This document shows, piece after piece, positions 47,051-59,548 of a DNA stretch of 64,000 nucleotides. This DNA comes from Lepidodermella squamata (taxonomy: Eukaryota > Animalia > Gastrotricha). The notes beneath the pieces were generated by a model, which saw only the letters and a program-made list of their open reading frames with translations, made no database searches and was not told where the DNA came from. Each line of letters opens with the position of its first letter. The first letter of the stretch is position 1. Both the position numbers and the translations under genes were made by a program. The stretch covers positions 372,001 to 436,000 of the forward strand of contig JBLDXI010000042.1 in the NCBI GenBank assembly GCA_047495785.1, given 5' to 3'.

Positions 47051-47440
47051 ATGATGAACATCTGTTTCCTCCTCTTCGTCACAATTTGTTTGCTCTTTTC
47101 GGAGATTGAAGCCGGAGAGGAAAAGGCCGTAAAGGAACGCTTTGATATCGTGATACGTTCAACTAAATATAAACGCCCTCGAAATGACAAAGAGGAAGCT
47201 GGCACTACAGCTTCGAATAAAATGCTTGAAACGGCGCAAATTCTTCACTCGATGAGGCTCCTCGCAAGCGGCGATACTGCTGAAACCACGCTATTTTCAC
47301 TGGCCGTCGGCGATGGTGATGCCTCCCGAAAATCTAGAAGCTTCCCATACGGAATTATCGCGTCGGTTGGCGATGGGAAGGACGATAGATTGGAGCCTAT
47401 TGTCAGGGCTCTGTATTCTACGGGCAATGTCGCTCAATAA
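47051..47440 (+). CDS. Small secreted protein of unknown function
   Basis: Clear signal peptide, internal repeat (A/S)VGDG x2, AATAAA overlapping the stop. Confidence 0.65.
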   Translation: MMNICFLLFVTICLLFSEIEAGEEKAVKERFDIVIRSTKYKRPRNDKEEAGTTASNKMLETAQILHSMRLLASGDTAETTLFSLAVGDGDASRKSRSFPYGIIASVGDGKDDRLEPIVRALYSTGNVAQ

Positions 47441-47780
47441 AATTCAGAGGCATCTACTAATATTGCGATGTTTGCTTTCATAATTCATCTGGCCATGTTT
47501 TTTGCCTACGCGCGCTCTGGCCTCTTGACGGCATTTTTTGCCGCTAGGTGTGCAATTTGACACCTCAAAATGGTGTGAATGGCGAAGTAAAGTAATCAAT
47601 ACCTGGCCGCATCATATGTAAAAAAATAATGTTTTGCCGTGTGTGTGTGTATGAGACGGTGTATTGAAGAGCGCCGTCTCGTGTTGATCTAATTTGTTTG
47701 CTCACAGGTCAGGTCAACTGCTTTTTTCGTTAATAGAAGCTGGGATATCCGAGTTCATTTTTTCCTACATCAAATATTTC

Positions 47781-48775
47781 ATGGCGGAAAGTCTCACTAA
47801 CCTCGAAATTCAAAATGTAAGTAAACCGAACATTGAAAAATAATATTACAACGGAAAATAAACAATAATTTTTTCGAAAATTTAAAAATTGAATTATGAT
47901 TTTTCAGAAATTTTTTGAGGCTAGTGCTACTGGCGATGTTGGAGCGATCGCATCAATCCTTTCAGACCCATCAATGAACCCTTCACTTCTAATCGATTCG
48001 AAATATCAGCGATATACCCACAATATCTCAATTGAAGAAAATGTAACCTCAAGCAACTCTACAAGCCTCCATTTTGCCTGTACCCATGGACATCCTGATG
48101 TCATTTCTTCGATACTCAGAGCTAAATACGACCTCGAGATGAAGCGAAACGGTGGCAATCGCGATAAATCTGTAGAAAGACTTAAGGAATTAGTGAATCA
48201 ACAAAATGGGGAGAATTCCAATAATCTAACCGCCCTAATGCTCGCCTCTGGCTACGGCCATTTGGATTGTGTCAAAATACTGACAGAATTTGAAATCGAC
48301 CAGCAAAAAGAACAGCTTGCTAACGTTCAAATACAAGATTCGCTGGGATACTCGGCCTTAATGTTCGCAGCTTGGGCTGGGCATGCTTCGATTGTCGACT
48401 ACCTCTTAAGCAAAAAAGCCAACGTCGATGCCAAAAATTACGCTGGCCAAACTGCATTGAATTTAGCGAAAAATTACAATTTCACAGAGGTGGTTAAAAT
48501 TCTGGAAAAATACGCGAAAAACCAAATCAAGGTATATGCACATACGTTTCTTAATTTTCGAAAATTCCCCTATTTTTCCGATGTAGGAACTTATAACGGA
48601 CTGTGCTCTCGGTATTGTAAACGCTTTTGTGCCGAAAATCGACTCTAACAAGGTAACGTAGTATGTTTTGGAGAAAAAATGAAATCTGATCTTATTTTTC
48701 CAGGAAATACGGAACACTCTTGCGAAAGCTTTAGCTACGATGCGATTTTTCAAATTGAAATTTAAACGAAAGTGA
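47781..48775 (+). CDS. Ankyrin-repeat protein (exons 47781-47816, 47909-48531, 48587-48652, ~48704-48775)
   Basis: TSLHFAC..GH, TALMLASGYGH, SALMFAAWAGH, GQTALNLA; phase-0 GT-AG introns. Confidence 0.85.
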
Positions 48776-49116
48776 TTCATACTAAGAGTATGTCGCGAGT
48801 CTCTACCGGTGTGAATCTTATATTTGTTGTACCGGTGAATATTTTTGTAACGTGTGTTTACCGTCTTTAAAGACGATGCACTTCCCCGTCATGTTTGCAA
48901 ATAAATTTGAGCTTGTGAATCATGAAAAACGCCAGCTGGAACAACTTCAGCGAGCTGAATTCAGTTATCATCTGGGGATTTAGTCGTAGGATGGGCGAGA
49001 TCAGGCCTGGATCGGGGATTCATTGGTATTTCAGCTGTCGATGTTACCCTATATAACTAACGGACGAAGTGAGGTGTATTCGTACTGCACTTCAATCTTA
49101 TCCGTTAAAAAATAAC

Positions 49117-49356
49117 ATGAAGCTGATAATTTTTTGGTTTTTCGTCGTAATCTCACTCGCTCTGTGCTGCTTCGGCAAGCCGCTGGAAACCGAGCGAGTT
49201 GTCAGCGATTTGGGCGAATGCGAGGAGTTTTGCTTACGAATTGGAATTGTCGATGGCGCGGCGATGCACGGCGTCACCAGCAAACTGCAATCAGGCCATG
49301 GGATGCTATGCAATTGCATACCTGCTGCCGATCAAACATCCAGCGAAACTTTGTGA
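49117..49356 (+). CDS. Small secreted Cys-containing peptide (C-x3-C ... C-x-C)
   Basis: TATA (ctatataa) at ~49049, signal peptide, CEEFC...CNC, AATAAA at ~49397. Confidence 0.7.
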   Translation: MKLIIFWFFVVISLALCCFGKPLETERVVSDLGECEEFCLRIGIVDGAAMHGVTSKLQSGHGMLCNCIPAADQTSSETL

Positions 49357-49502
49357 TTTCTCACTAACAGAACCTCAGATTCATTTATTGCTATGTAATA
49401 AACTTGGATACTTTCTAATCATATTTTTGATATCCTTGCTGCTGAAGATGTGCGAGTTTTGAGGAGGAAAACTGTTCTGCCGAACTGAACTGCATGAATT
49501 GA

Positions 49503-49656
49503 CTGGTCCTCGAAGTAGGATCCTCGAATTAGGTTGTATTTTCGGGCCCCGGTTTTATGACCAAAGGGTCCCCTGTGGGTTTTTGGGGTTTTTCACCTTG
49601 ACCTGCCGAACTGGGGGATACGAAACCCCTTCATTACCCCCGTACTTCGCGCCCTG
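49503..49656 (-). mobile_element. MITE family A copy
   Basis: cgaagtaggatcctc ... gtacttcgcgccctg, reverse-complement match to 18360-18513. Confidence 0.8.
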
Positions 49657-49883
49657 GAAAGGACCACCATGATGGGCATTGACTGGGACGAAAAATAATT
49701 ACAAATTCTCGAGAAATGATGGGAAAAACCCTGAATCAAAGCTACAGGCGTATATTCCCCCAAGAATATATTATTTAAGTTGAAAATATTCTGAGATAAT
49801 CCTCCTTAATCCTTATGTCTGTAGCCTGCATTGCAACCCAAATTTTTTCCACTTTCCATAATTTTTCCTGATTTACGGAAATT

Positions 49884-50072
49884 ATGAAGATTTTCTGGAT
49901 TTTACTTACGTTATGCCTAATTTCGATTGCTGTGGGATGCTTCCCCCCTTTCAGAAGACGGCGACCAAGGTCGGAGAAAAGCGGCACTCGGGACGATGGC
50001 ATCTTTGAAATGTCGAAACAGCCTCCGCAAAAGTCGGATCAAAATGCTTGGGCCTACTGGGGAGCTACATGA
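49884..50072 (+). CDS. Short secreted peptide precursor (62 aa)
   Basis: Signal peptide MKIFWILLTLCLISIAVG followed by CFPPFRRRR; too short for firm support. Confidence 0.55.
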   Translation: MKIFWILLTLCLISIAVGCFPPFRRRRPRSEKSGTRDDGIFEMSKQPPQKSDQNAWAYWGAT

Positions 50073-50957
50073 AATAATGGATTCAGCCCGATAGCTTAAA
50101 GCTTCAGGCACGACTACAACACAAAACTGTACACACATTATGAACTAATTTTATATAATATATTATGAAACTATAAATTTCTGTAAAATAAATTTGCGTT
50201 TCTAAATTTTTCCTGATAAATAAATTTTCTTTCCTATCAAAAGTTTCAACTTCAATTTGGACTGAATAAAATGAAGGGGCGTGCTTGCACAAAAATACAA
50301 AATCTCACATTTTTCCGTCCGTTGTCCGATGTTATGGTTTCATGGCAAACAAGAATTTCGGAAACCAGCTGATATAACACACAAGTGCATGGTGCAGAGC
50401 TCAATTTTGAAGACATCTCTACGAAATCCGCCAGGGGTTATAATAAAATTGGAAATTATTGATGATACTACATCCGGAATGAAAGCTTTGACTTGGTAAA
50501 ACTATAAAACCGTGAATAGGCAGTGGGCTAATACATTTGTGCTCGATCTACGGTAATAACATTACCGCGAGACTAAGAAAATATAACTCAATCTCTGACT
50601 CAGCTATGCGGGATATTTGATATAGTAAGGCGCCGTGATTTGGCAAGAAAAGTTTATACATTCCATAGTAAAATGTACGATCATCATTGGCTGTATTAGA
50701 AGGTGAGAAATCCTACGATATATCACAGATAAACGGGCATTTCGCGAGATCAAGAGACAGTACACCTATTCTCAGTACACAACAACAGCGGGCTAACATA
50801 TTAGATGCGTTGGTTGAAGTCATTTTCATCGAGCAAATGTTTTAATCAACCTGCTAGGGGCTACTCAATCTAATTGATTGGCTGCTTCATTGAGTAAACA
50901 CTATACTTCATCGAAGCCGGGGACACAACACAGACACAAAACAGACTCGCCCGAGCT

Positions 50958-52518
50958 ATGATTTCACGATCGAATTTCTCTACTCAACTGAATGGCGCGT
51001 GGATTCTCGTCAAGTTCGAGGATCTTGGCTCAACAACACATCGGCCCTACTTCATCGGCTGGTTTCACGACCTTGACTCGAAGTCGCCTACCGACCGTCT
51101 AGCTTACGCCTTACCCATAGCCCTTGCAACTATTCTCTCATGCATAGCCGCGATTTATAACATAGTCAGCTATTGGAAACGAGGTGTGAAACGTGGCTTC
51201 CTACTTCTGACCATCGTTTTCGATCTCAGGTGTTTCGTCTATGCTACGTCATTTTCAATCGCTATGCTGTCGACGGTCAGTGATGGCCAGTGGCATTTGG
51301 GCAACGAATTTTGTGCGTTTACCCTTTGGACCCTTTTCGCGCTAACTCCTTTCGGTGGGGTTGTCAACTTGGTTATCAGTTACGAGCGATGGCTGTGCGT
51401 TTCGTCCAGCAATCCGAACTACGTTATGAGCACTAAAAGAGTAAGACATAGGCAGTGTGAGTTAGAGCAACCGAATCCACTAAATCCCCAATGGCTGGGT
51501 TGATTGGTCGATTTCCAACTTCTCCAAAATCTTCCGAAGAAATTATAGTCCCAACCCGAGATTCTGGCTAGAAACCCCAGGGGAACACTTTGGTACAACA
51601 ATTCTAGGTCAAAAATACCAGAGAATCGAGAATAGCCCATAGTTCGAGGATCCTAATTCGTACAATGCCAGCAAAGGTCCGACGCGTTTCCAATCTCTAA
51701 TATCCGCGCGGAGTGGGATATTCGTGCTAGGGCGCCTTTTCAGGACCGAATTTCACGATAAGAGGGCCCCCTGGGGTCTCATTGTGAATTGAGGGTTCCA
51801 TATCAGAATATACCCCCAATGCTCCATTTTCATCCATTTCCATTCCATTTTTTTCATCCAGATTTTGCTCATGCTAGCAGCTGCTTTCGTGATGAGTTGT
51901 ATCACTCCAACGGCTTTGACCTACTACCCAGTGAGGAGCTTCAGCGTGCGAACTATCAAGATCCTTCCCCATCCAAACAGCAATCTAACCCGTACGATGG
52001 CTATTTGCAGCAATTTCGACTACTCCCTTACTGAATCGATCGATACTTCGCTCGTCATGTTTGTCCTAACTCTCACGCTAACTATATGCAACATGACTCT
52101 GCTGTGTCGAAATTACTGGAAAATCTATCATTTAGTCCGGCGAACCGGCGCAACCTCGAACGGGTCGTCCTTAAATAGCTCTAGCGAAGCTATGAAAGCT
52201 GCATGGCGGTCTAGGGAAGTATTCATCGCCAACCAATCGCTAGTTTCAATAGCTCTCCTAATGCTGTCTAACATGCCCCTGATTGCGACCTACATCTTCA
52301 TTGTTCTGTTCGATTCAATTGGCCCTTACACAGCTTCAGCGCCGCTGATAAAAATCAGTATTTTGATTGTTTTCCTAGAAATGACGGCGTCAGCTCTGCT
52401 GAAAAGCGTCCAACCCGGTCTGGTTTTGCGGATCAAACGCCGATGGAACGAGTACTTCGAGGTCCGTAATCGCGTCCAGCAGTTGATACCTGCTTTGCAC
52501 ACAGGTTGGCAGCGATGA
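50958..52518 (+). CDS. Orphan rhodopsin-like 7TM receptor, paralog C (exons 50958-51440, 51862-52518)
   Basis: NGAW/RPYFIGWFHDLD, GQWHLG..C, ISYERW; same intron position, with a degenerate MITE A inside the intron. Confidence 0.8.
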
Positions 52519-52719
52519 ATGACAATCAGTGGACTTTATCAGTGATAGAGATGTATAAAATAAAAGACAGGCTTTTTTATCAGTCAAATGATAAAGTAAC
52601 ATTGTAAGGTTTTGGTACCGGACTGTTCGACCTCATTCCTATTCACTCGGGAGGATTTTAGGTAGGATCACTTCTAACATGCCAAAAGCCAGAATCCTGA
52701 AGATTCGGATTCGCCCGAT

Positions 52720-52870
52720 CATTGCGTGATGTAGGATCCACGAACTAGGGGGTAATTTTATGACTATAGAGGGCTTTTTCTGTCCCCTGTGCTTTTTTAG
52801 TGGGTTTTGGCCTGCCGAATTCGAGGGGTACGACACCCCTCATCCTCCCCCTCCCCCTGTGCTCCAGCCC
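52720..52870 (-). mobile_element. Degenerate MITE family A copy (another at ~53161-53283)
   Basis: gtaggatcc...ccctgtg...cctgccgaattcgaggggtacgacacccctcat, similar to the 49503 copy. Confidence 0.65.
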
Positions 52871-53393
52871 AATCTTTAGAATACAAACTGTGTACAAACT
52901 AGGATCTTAGAGCTACGGTTTTAGAGTGATTTCGGCACCAGGGCGCTGATACAGGGGTCCTGAGGCGTCGCTTTGAGATGCCAAAAAGGAAAACTGAAAA
53001 AGAGGAACCCTTTGGTTCAGAGAACGAAGTAGGACAGCAGAACTGGTTAAGACCCGGTTAGGCTTTGACTGAGTTCACCTTGCGGACCGTTGGAACTGGT
53101 AGGAATGATCCTAGCGGTTCTTCGCTCTCTGCTCTGGTTTTCTCAGCTGGGAACCAGAAACAGTGTAGAAAGTACGGTTCGGATGCGTTCGGATCAGCTC
53201 CAGAATCATACTTTGCCCACTGAATTGTTGAACCAAAGGGTTCCCCGTGTGGTTTTTTGGGCCTTCTAGCATCTAGCATGGATCCTACATGGATCTCTGA
53301 GCTATGGGTTAAAATACTCTACAAACTGTAGATGAAAACTACAACACGAGAACCTATACTTTATTACTTTATTGCAAATTTCGAAGTTCAGCC

Positions 53394-55859
53394 TCAACGT
53401 AACTGATTGAACGACTGATGATACGGGCGATGCGATTCACGCAAATTGAAAGAACCATGCTCGCGCATTGTTTCAACAGACGCCGGCCATTTTCGCGTTA
53501 CAACCGGGTAGAAAATTGCTAAGAAGGTAACAGCCGAATAAATCACCTCGCCACAAGCTATCGCAACGATTTGGCTGTTCCATTCCCTCAAAACAAGGAC
53601 GATGAGAACAATCGCCGCAAATAGAGTGGCCGTGTTAAAAGTCGCTAGTCGTGTTGTTAGAAAATCGCGTACGTGGGTAGGCGGCTTTGCAAGTGTCCTC
53701 AGCTCATACATGTGATAGCAACTGACGGAAATCATGGCAAAGTTTAGCGCGGCAAAAGCAGCTACCCAATAGATCATGCTATCAGAGCCGCACTTATCAG
53801 TAACAATTTCGAAGTAAACATCTCGCTCAGGGTCGAATTGCAAGGCTGAGGCCTCACTTATCAACTCGAGGGGTTCAATTAGCAGCCAAATTATCAGCAC
53901 GACCGTAGTGAGCAGACAAATCGATAGGCAAAGCGTTGCTGTTTTCGAGAAAACTTGATTCTGGTTCAGTTTAGCCACCCTAGGCGTCCGTGATCGGCCT
54001 AGATTGAGCCGCCTGTTGAGCATGCTCAGCTTTTTAGATCTTGACGGTGTTTTCCACTTCTTTTTCGACTCGCTGCTGTAGACAGCGACTGTCGATGGCA
54101 AAAGGTCTATCCCACTCACCTCCAACCATCGCGCAGCTGCGTGATGAAGGAACGGAGCGAAGGTGAAAGATCGAGCCAAAAAGACTGAACTGATCAAGGT
54201 GAGGCCAATTACAGGTAGAACTACAATCCAAGGGCAGATTTCTTCGCTGGGAGCTGTAATATGAACTATCGCCGCTGTATTAAGGATTAGACACCCTGCT
54301 GCGATGATAACTGCTATTCTAAGGTCGAACTGAATCTGCAAATCGGGGTCTCTGATAGTACAAGTCTTTCGGTAATAGATTCCCATAAAAACGATGATCA
54401 ACTGAATAGCGATAGATATTGAAGATAGAACTATGATTGGCAAAGTCACGCTTTGTCCGAGGTTTCCATCGACAGTTTCGACCTTCGACAAATCTTTCGG
54501 TGGCTCGCCGGTGTTCGTTAACCAAATCGGATCCGGGGAATCAGGGCTGAACTTTTCGATTGCGTAACTCGACACCGTGACATTCCCAGGTCGTGCAAGG
54601 TAAATATTCATCAAATTCACGAAACGGCGATCAATCCATTGGGTGACTGATAGATTTTCATTGTCGATTTCGAGCCTGGATGACGTAGATAACCTACCCA
54701 TTCTCAGCCCGATAACCTCAAGTTTCGATGAAGTTTCATTCACGATTCGCTGGATGACTTTAGGTTTTGATGAAAAATCACTCAAGGTAAGATTCATCCC
54801 ATTCAGAACTGATTCAGATTTGTTGAGAGTTATCACTGCAGACATCATCGAATCGTGGCAAAGTAACCTCGCGACGTAATCAACCTGAGATTTTGACTGG
54901 TTTCTGAAGGTAACGTCAAGCCGTCTTTCGAACTCGATCGAATTGTACCCTAAACTCGTTTGTCCTGTGAAGACCCCGCCGAATAGTTTTGTTATCGCTA
55001 TCCAGTACGTGATTTTAAGTTGTTCTTCAACCTGTTCCTGCGTGCATTCTTTCGGAAACGAGCTCAGCGCGCTGTTTGCTACGAAAAAGCACTGGTAAGG
55101 TAGCACGAAGGCGTAGTTCGGAGCTCGAATTCCCGCTCGGTATGCGTCACACAGAAGATTCCCGCACCACGCCCCCTGCGATAGAACGAAAACAAAAACT
55201 CTAGCGTCACTAGCCTTAAGATCTAGGGCAAAATCAAGGCCGAAGTTCATCACGGCGCTGAATTTCACGACCTGAATTCCGTTATTTGAAGACAGGCTGA
55301 GCAAAGACCGAGCGACTAGGTAGTCATTCGTTGTAATCGCTGAGGTTACAATTCCGATTTGGCTCCATTTCCCAACTGATTTGATGAAATTTATCAGTCC
55401 GATATTCGTATTTTCCATCGGCATTTGAATTCGATAGATGTTGGAATACAACGATCGTTGCGCTATGAAACCTGGCGCGGTGCAGCCATGCGTGAACATC
55501 GTGAAGAAATTCGCTTTAGCCGCGACGGCTACGTTACCGCAGCCTGTGCTTGGCCCGACAACTATCGGAGCGACAGAGGATGAAGTCGAGTTTGAGAGGA
55601 AGTTCGCGAAGCTTGCGGCTGATTTTGTAGCTAGATAACCTTCGTCACCAACAGCCATTGTCAGCTCGTAATTCGGTAGAATATCAGCCCGGGAATTGAC
55701 TTCATCTATAACGATTTGCATCGAAGCTTGGCAAACAGCTGATGTGGACGGCTCCTGGCCTGTTTTCGCAAGCAATGTCAGTATCGAGAGCTGTTTTGGC
55801 TTAAGAAGCCCTGACGCTGCGCCAAGCGATACTGTCAAAAGTAAAACGCTCAATTTCAT
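53394..55859 (-). CDS. Class C GPCR, GABA-B-like, intronless, distant paralog
   Basis: Signal peptide, VNSRADILPNYEL, IVVGP, YSNIYR, W...GEPPKD and a 7TM region. Confidence 0.88.
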   Translation of the reverse strand: MKLSVLLLTVSLGAASGLLKPKQLSILTLLAKTGQEPSTSAVCQASMQIVIDEVNSRADILPNYELTMAVGDEGYLATKSAASFANFLSNSTSSSVAPIVVGPSTGCGNVAVAAKANFFTMFTHGCTAPGFIAQRSLYSNIYRIQMPMENTNIGLINFIKSVGKWSQIGIVTSAITTNDYLVARSLLSLSSNNGIQVVKFSAVMNFGLDFALDLKASDARVFVFVLSQGAWCGNLLCDAYRAGIRAPNYAFVLPYQCFFVANSALSSFPKECTQEQVEEQLKITYWIAITKLFGGVFTGQTSLGYNSIEFERRLDVTFRNQSKSQVDYVARLLCHDSMMSAVITLNKSESVLNGMNLTLSDFSSKPKVIQRIVNETSSKLEVIGLRMGRLSTSSRLEIDNENLSVTQWIDRRFVNLMNIYLARPGNVTVSSYAIEKFSPDSPDPIWLTNTGEPPKDLSKVETVDGNLGQSVTLPIIVLSSISIAIQLIIVFMGIYYRKTCTIRDPDLQIQFDLRIAVIIAAGCLILNTAAIVHITAPSEEICPWIVVLPVIGLTLISSVFLARSFTFAPFLHHAAARWLEVSGIDLLPSTVAVYSSESKKKWKTPSRSKKLSMLNRRLNLGRSRTPRVAKLNQNQVFSKTATLCLSICLLTTVVLIIWLLIEPLELISEASALQFDPERDVYFEIVTDKCGSDSMIYWVAAFAALNFAMISVSCYHMYELRTLAKPPTHVRDFLTTRLATFNTATLFAAIVLIVLVLREWNSQIVAIACGEVIYSAVTFLAIFYPVVTRKWPASVETMREHGSFNLRESHRPYHQSFNQLR

Positions 55860-56078
55860 GTCAAGTGACAAAACTAGAAGTGACTTTTGAATTGAATTTA
55901 TCTAAAGCTCTAGATGTGAAATTCGATCTTCCGTATCGGCTTCCTTCCGAATGGGCCTCATGCAGGAAGAACATGATGTTTTCAAGAATTGCACACGTGG
56001 TTCAATTCGATTTCCGCAAACGGACCTAAGATAAAAAAAACCTTGATCCAAAGTTGTTAACTGCTTTTATTCAATGAA

Positions 56079-58462
56079 TCACGCTCCACGCATCAGTCCG
56101 ATGATAGGCGACTCAAACGCAACAGAAAACACGGTCGATACAATGAAAGTTGATACAAGTGTACCTAAAAAGCCGTAAATCGCTGTTAAATCAGTTAGAT
56201 GAATAGGGCGACGAGCTGATTGAATGAAGTACATTAAAACCAAAGGATGAATAAGATACGCGGCATAGGACAGGCGAGCTGGTAGCGCCCAGACCCGCCA
56301 GTTAAGCATCCAACCTATAATCCCGGCCTTATTCAAGGCACAAGCGATTACAATCCAACCTAAAGCTACACCCCAGGCAGTTCTTGCAAAGGCGTTGAAG
56401 ATGCAATCCACCCAAATAGGGTCTATCCTATACCCAAGATACTGCCCATGAGGTCCGTAGATACCTGCGCCAATTGTGGTTAAACAGATGGCCCAGCCTA
56501 TGATTTGAAGCCACTTACTACGGAAAATCTTGTCTAAGATAGGCCGATGTTTGACCAGAACGTGGCAAATCATTACCCCTGCGATATAAGGCCCTAGTCT
56601 CGTGTACGGTTTAACATAGTAAATCTCGTACTGGCGAACGTAGTCTTTCGGCTCTTCGTTGAATTCAATCAAAAGATCTTGGTAGTCATTAGGGGCGACA
56701 TTGACAGCCGGTAGTCGGTAGATTGCGGTTAAAACCGCTGAGCTAACCATTTGAATGACTAACAAGGTCCAGCTTAACCCCCAACCGTAAACCGGCCATT
56801 TCTTGAAGGCGAAAACGATGAAGGGTAGGATTATGAATAGCTGCATGTCTACGGCTAGGTACCACGACCAGCCCACACAGGGTCTGATGAGGCGGTAGAA
56901 ATTGTTGATGTACAGAATGTTAGACCACCAGTTCTCTTCACAGGGTCCGTCATTACCCTGGAAGTAGAATGGGCCGTTGCCTATATAAGCCCAAAGGCCG
57001 ACATCTATCAAAATCATAGCGACGTAGGGTGGGGTAAGTCTGATGTAGCGGTACAGATAAATGATTGGCAGCGAGCCAAAAAATTTACAGGTCTCGGCTG
57101 AAATTTTGCGACATAGCGACCAGTAACCCAAAAAGCCGGAGAGGAAGAAGAAAGAATCTACAGAGAAGTAGCCGTTGATTATAAACATATTGGTCCAGTA
57201 GTACGATAGGTAATTGATTTCAGTTAAATTGTCTATATCTGTTATATGGTACAGGTACCAATGAGCTAGGATGACCCAGAACAAACTCAAGGATCGTATG
57301 GCGTTGATAGAGGCGAAATTTGGTTGGTGAAGAGCCAATTTAGGCAAAGGTTCACGATCTTCGGGCGGAATTTTCAAGAGTTTTTCCAAGTTAGCCAATG
57401 GGGAGAAACATAATAGAAGATCGGAAAAGTGACTCCTGATAGTGAGCTTCTTTTCATCGGGAATTTTTGCGCTTTTTTCTGGCTTCGGCGTGAATCTTCG
57501 GATCAGGTCGACGATGAAACCACACAGCAACAGAAATCCAACAACAGATAAGCAAGTTCTGTTAAGCAAAAAGGTCAAATATTAAATTTCTCTCTAATAT
57601 TCAAAATTTACTAAAATTATATTTTCAAAATTTTCGAATTTTTAAAAAATTAGTGAATTTATTAGAAAATTCAAAAATAAAGACTTTGAGTAGAATCCTT
57701 CTTTTGGATTAAAATAAAAAATATTGACTTATTTTACAATTTTTTCACTATTTTTCCTCGCTAAATCTTTCGTAACTTACATTGCGACATAGGTTGACGT
57801 TCTCAGTGGTATTTCTTGCTTTTGACAGTACGTCAAACCTGCCTCTGGTCCCATGTTCAATGGCTGTAGTACTGCAGTTAGAATTGCGTTCAAGCTCTCT
57901 TCATCGCATCTAGTTGACGCGCACATTCCAATGTAGAGACCCTCTGTCAGCTGCCACATTTGATCGTTGATGTACTCTGGCGCATCGATTCGGCCTACGG
58001 CGAAATAACAGTAATTCGGCGCTAGTTCGGTTTTGAATGGAGGTCGTTGCATTGGAGGGATACTCTGGCATTGGTCGAAATCTCCGTACCACCTTAAAGC
58101 ACCAGAATTCATTCCAGAAGGTTTCTGGCCTGTAGAATCCTTATCTGAAAATTCAGTAAAATTGTAGGATTTTTCAAATCGAACCTCGAAAATTCACAAT
58201 TTTTCACCACTGGGAACTTGGTCTCGTTCGCAGTCAAGACCCATCGGATGTCTTGAAAGCATTCGGTTGCTGAGTCCCGAACTTGCCCATTGTAATTCGA
58301 TATCAGATCGAACACTGTGTGCCAATTGATCTCAAATGCGTAGTTTTTCCTCTGGCTTGAAAGCCGGTTCAAAGCTTGAAAATAGGACGTGCTGGGTGAT
58401 AAATCATCATGCCCACCAGCCAAAATAGCTAGGGGGAAAAGCGCAAACCTTATCCATAGCAT
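56079..58462 (-). CDS. NRF-6 / nose-resistant-to-fluoxetine-like O-acyltransferase (exons 58462-58198, 58144-57781, 57558-56079)
   Basis: NRF domain DSTGQKPSG..G..W.GDFDQC; Acyl_transf_3 motifs IRSLS..WVILAH, VDSFFFLSG, YRYIRLTP, WSWYLAVDMQ, KPYTR, LSYAAYLIH, FESP. Confidence 0.92.
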
Positions 58463-58735
58463 ATTTGTGATACTAAGCAGAATTTTTCCCTAGGTTCTCC
58501 ATAGCTTCCTGTTTTATCGCTACCCATGAACCCAGAGTAAGTACTAATTAATTGAGATAACGAGAGTAATTATAGCCGTGGGAAAATGATATTATTGCGA
58601 TAAGTTCAATTTTCCGATTCTTAACCTCACTGAGTAGTGATTCATCTTTTCGGGCATGTTTTGAATTCAAATTAGGAGTTTAGAAATGCGAGACTATCGG
58701 ATCATGATGCTTGGGGTAGACTTTATTCCGAAACT

Positions 58736-59041
58736 ATGGCCAACAGTTCTGTACTCATTTCTGTATCCCTTCTGCTTCTGATTGAGCTGGCTCTCGGCTG
58801 CTGGCCCGGCTACAACGATTTCGGCATTTCTTGTCCAGAAGGTTGTGAGTACAATGCGAACAAGGACGTTTGCAACTGCCCGGATGATGTGAGCCGAATC
58901 CTAATGGCCCGGCCTGTATGCAAGCCAAACTGCTCTTGGTCGCCAAGTCTGGGCCGCTGTAAATGCAACGTTGCGCGTGGACGCTGCCGTCCGCCTTGTT
59001 GGTGGAGCGCTACTGAATGGCAATGCATTTGCCAAAGATGA
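58736..59041 (+). CDS. Secreted Cys-rich peptide with three tandem 4-Cys modules
   Basis: Signal peptide; CPEGCEYNANKDVCNC, CKPNCSWSPSLGRCKC, CRPPCWWSATEWQCIC; AATA-rich signal just after the stop. Confidence 0.85.
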   Translation: MANSSVLISVSLLLLIELALGCWPGYNDFGISCPEGCEYNANKDVCNCPDDVSRILMARPVCKPNCSWSPSLGRCKCNVARGRCRPPCWWSATEWQCICQR

Positions 59042-59548
59042 GAAGCCCTGAATATAAATAACCGCTTTTTCATCCTGAAAGTCACCATCAAACTAAGCTA
59101 TAGACTATGAAATATCGGAAACTCCTGCAAAACTAATAAAAGGCTTTCAGTTCAAATGTATTTTGGTGGATTTTGGTATCAATTATGATTGAGTTTACTG
59201 AGATTTACGCTCACTTCAGCAAATTTTGAAATGTCCTCTTGGACGTAGGTATGCCTTGATCCTTGACATTGACACGATTTCTGAACCGTTGCCATCAGAT
59301 GACAGAGAAAGGGCGGTCTCTGAGAGATGACAGATCGATTAAAGTCCTCAATCGCCAAAATTCTAAAAGTTCGCAATGCTATAGCGATTCCCGCGATTTT
59401 TCAGCTTTGAATTACTAATCCCTCATTTTTCATTTCTGATTCTAATACTATTATGAGGCATATCATGATGCTAGTCACGCTTCGTGGTTGATTAAATTTA
59501 CCATGCTTATACACCCAGACGCCCGTGTTTGTTAAGCTGTGAACACAA

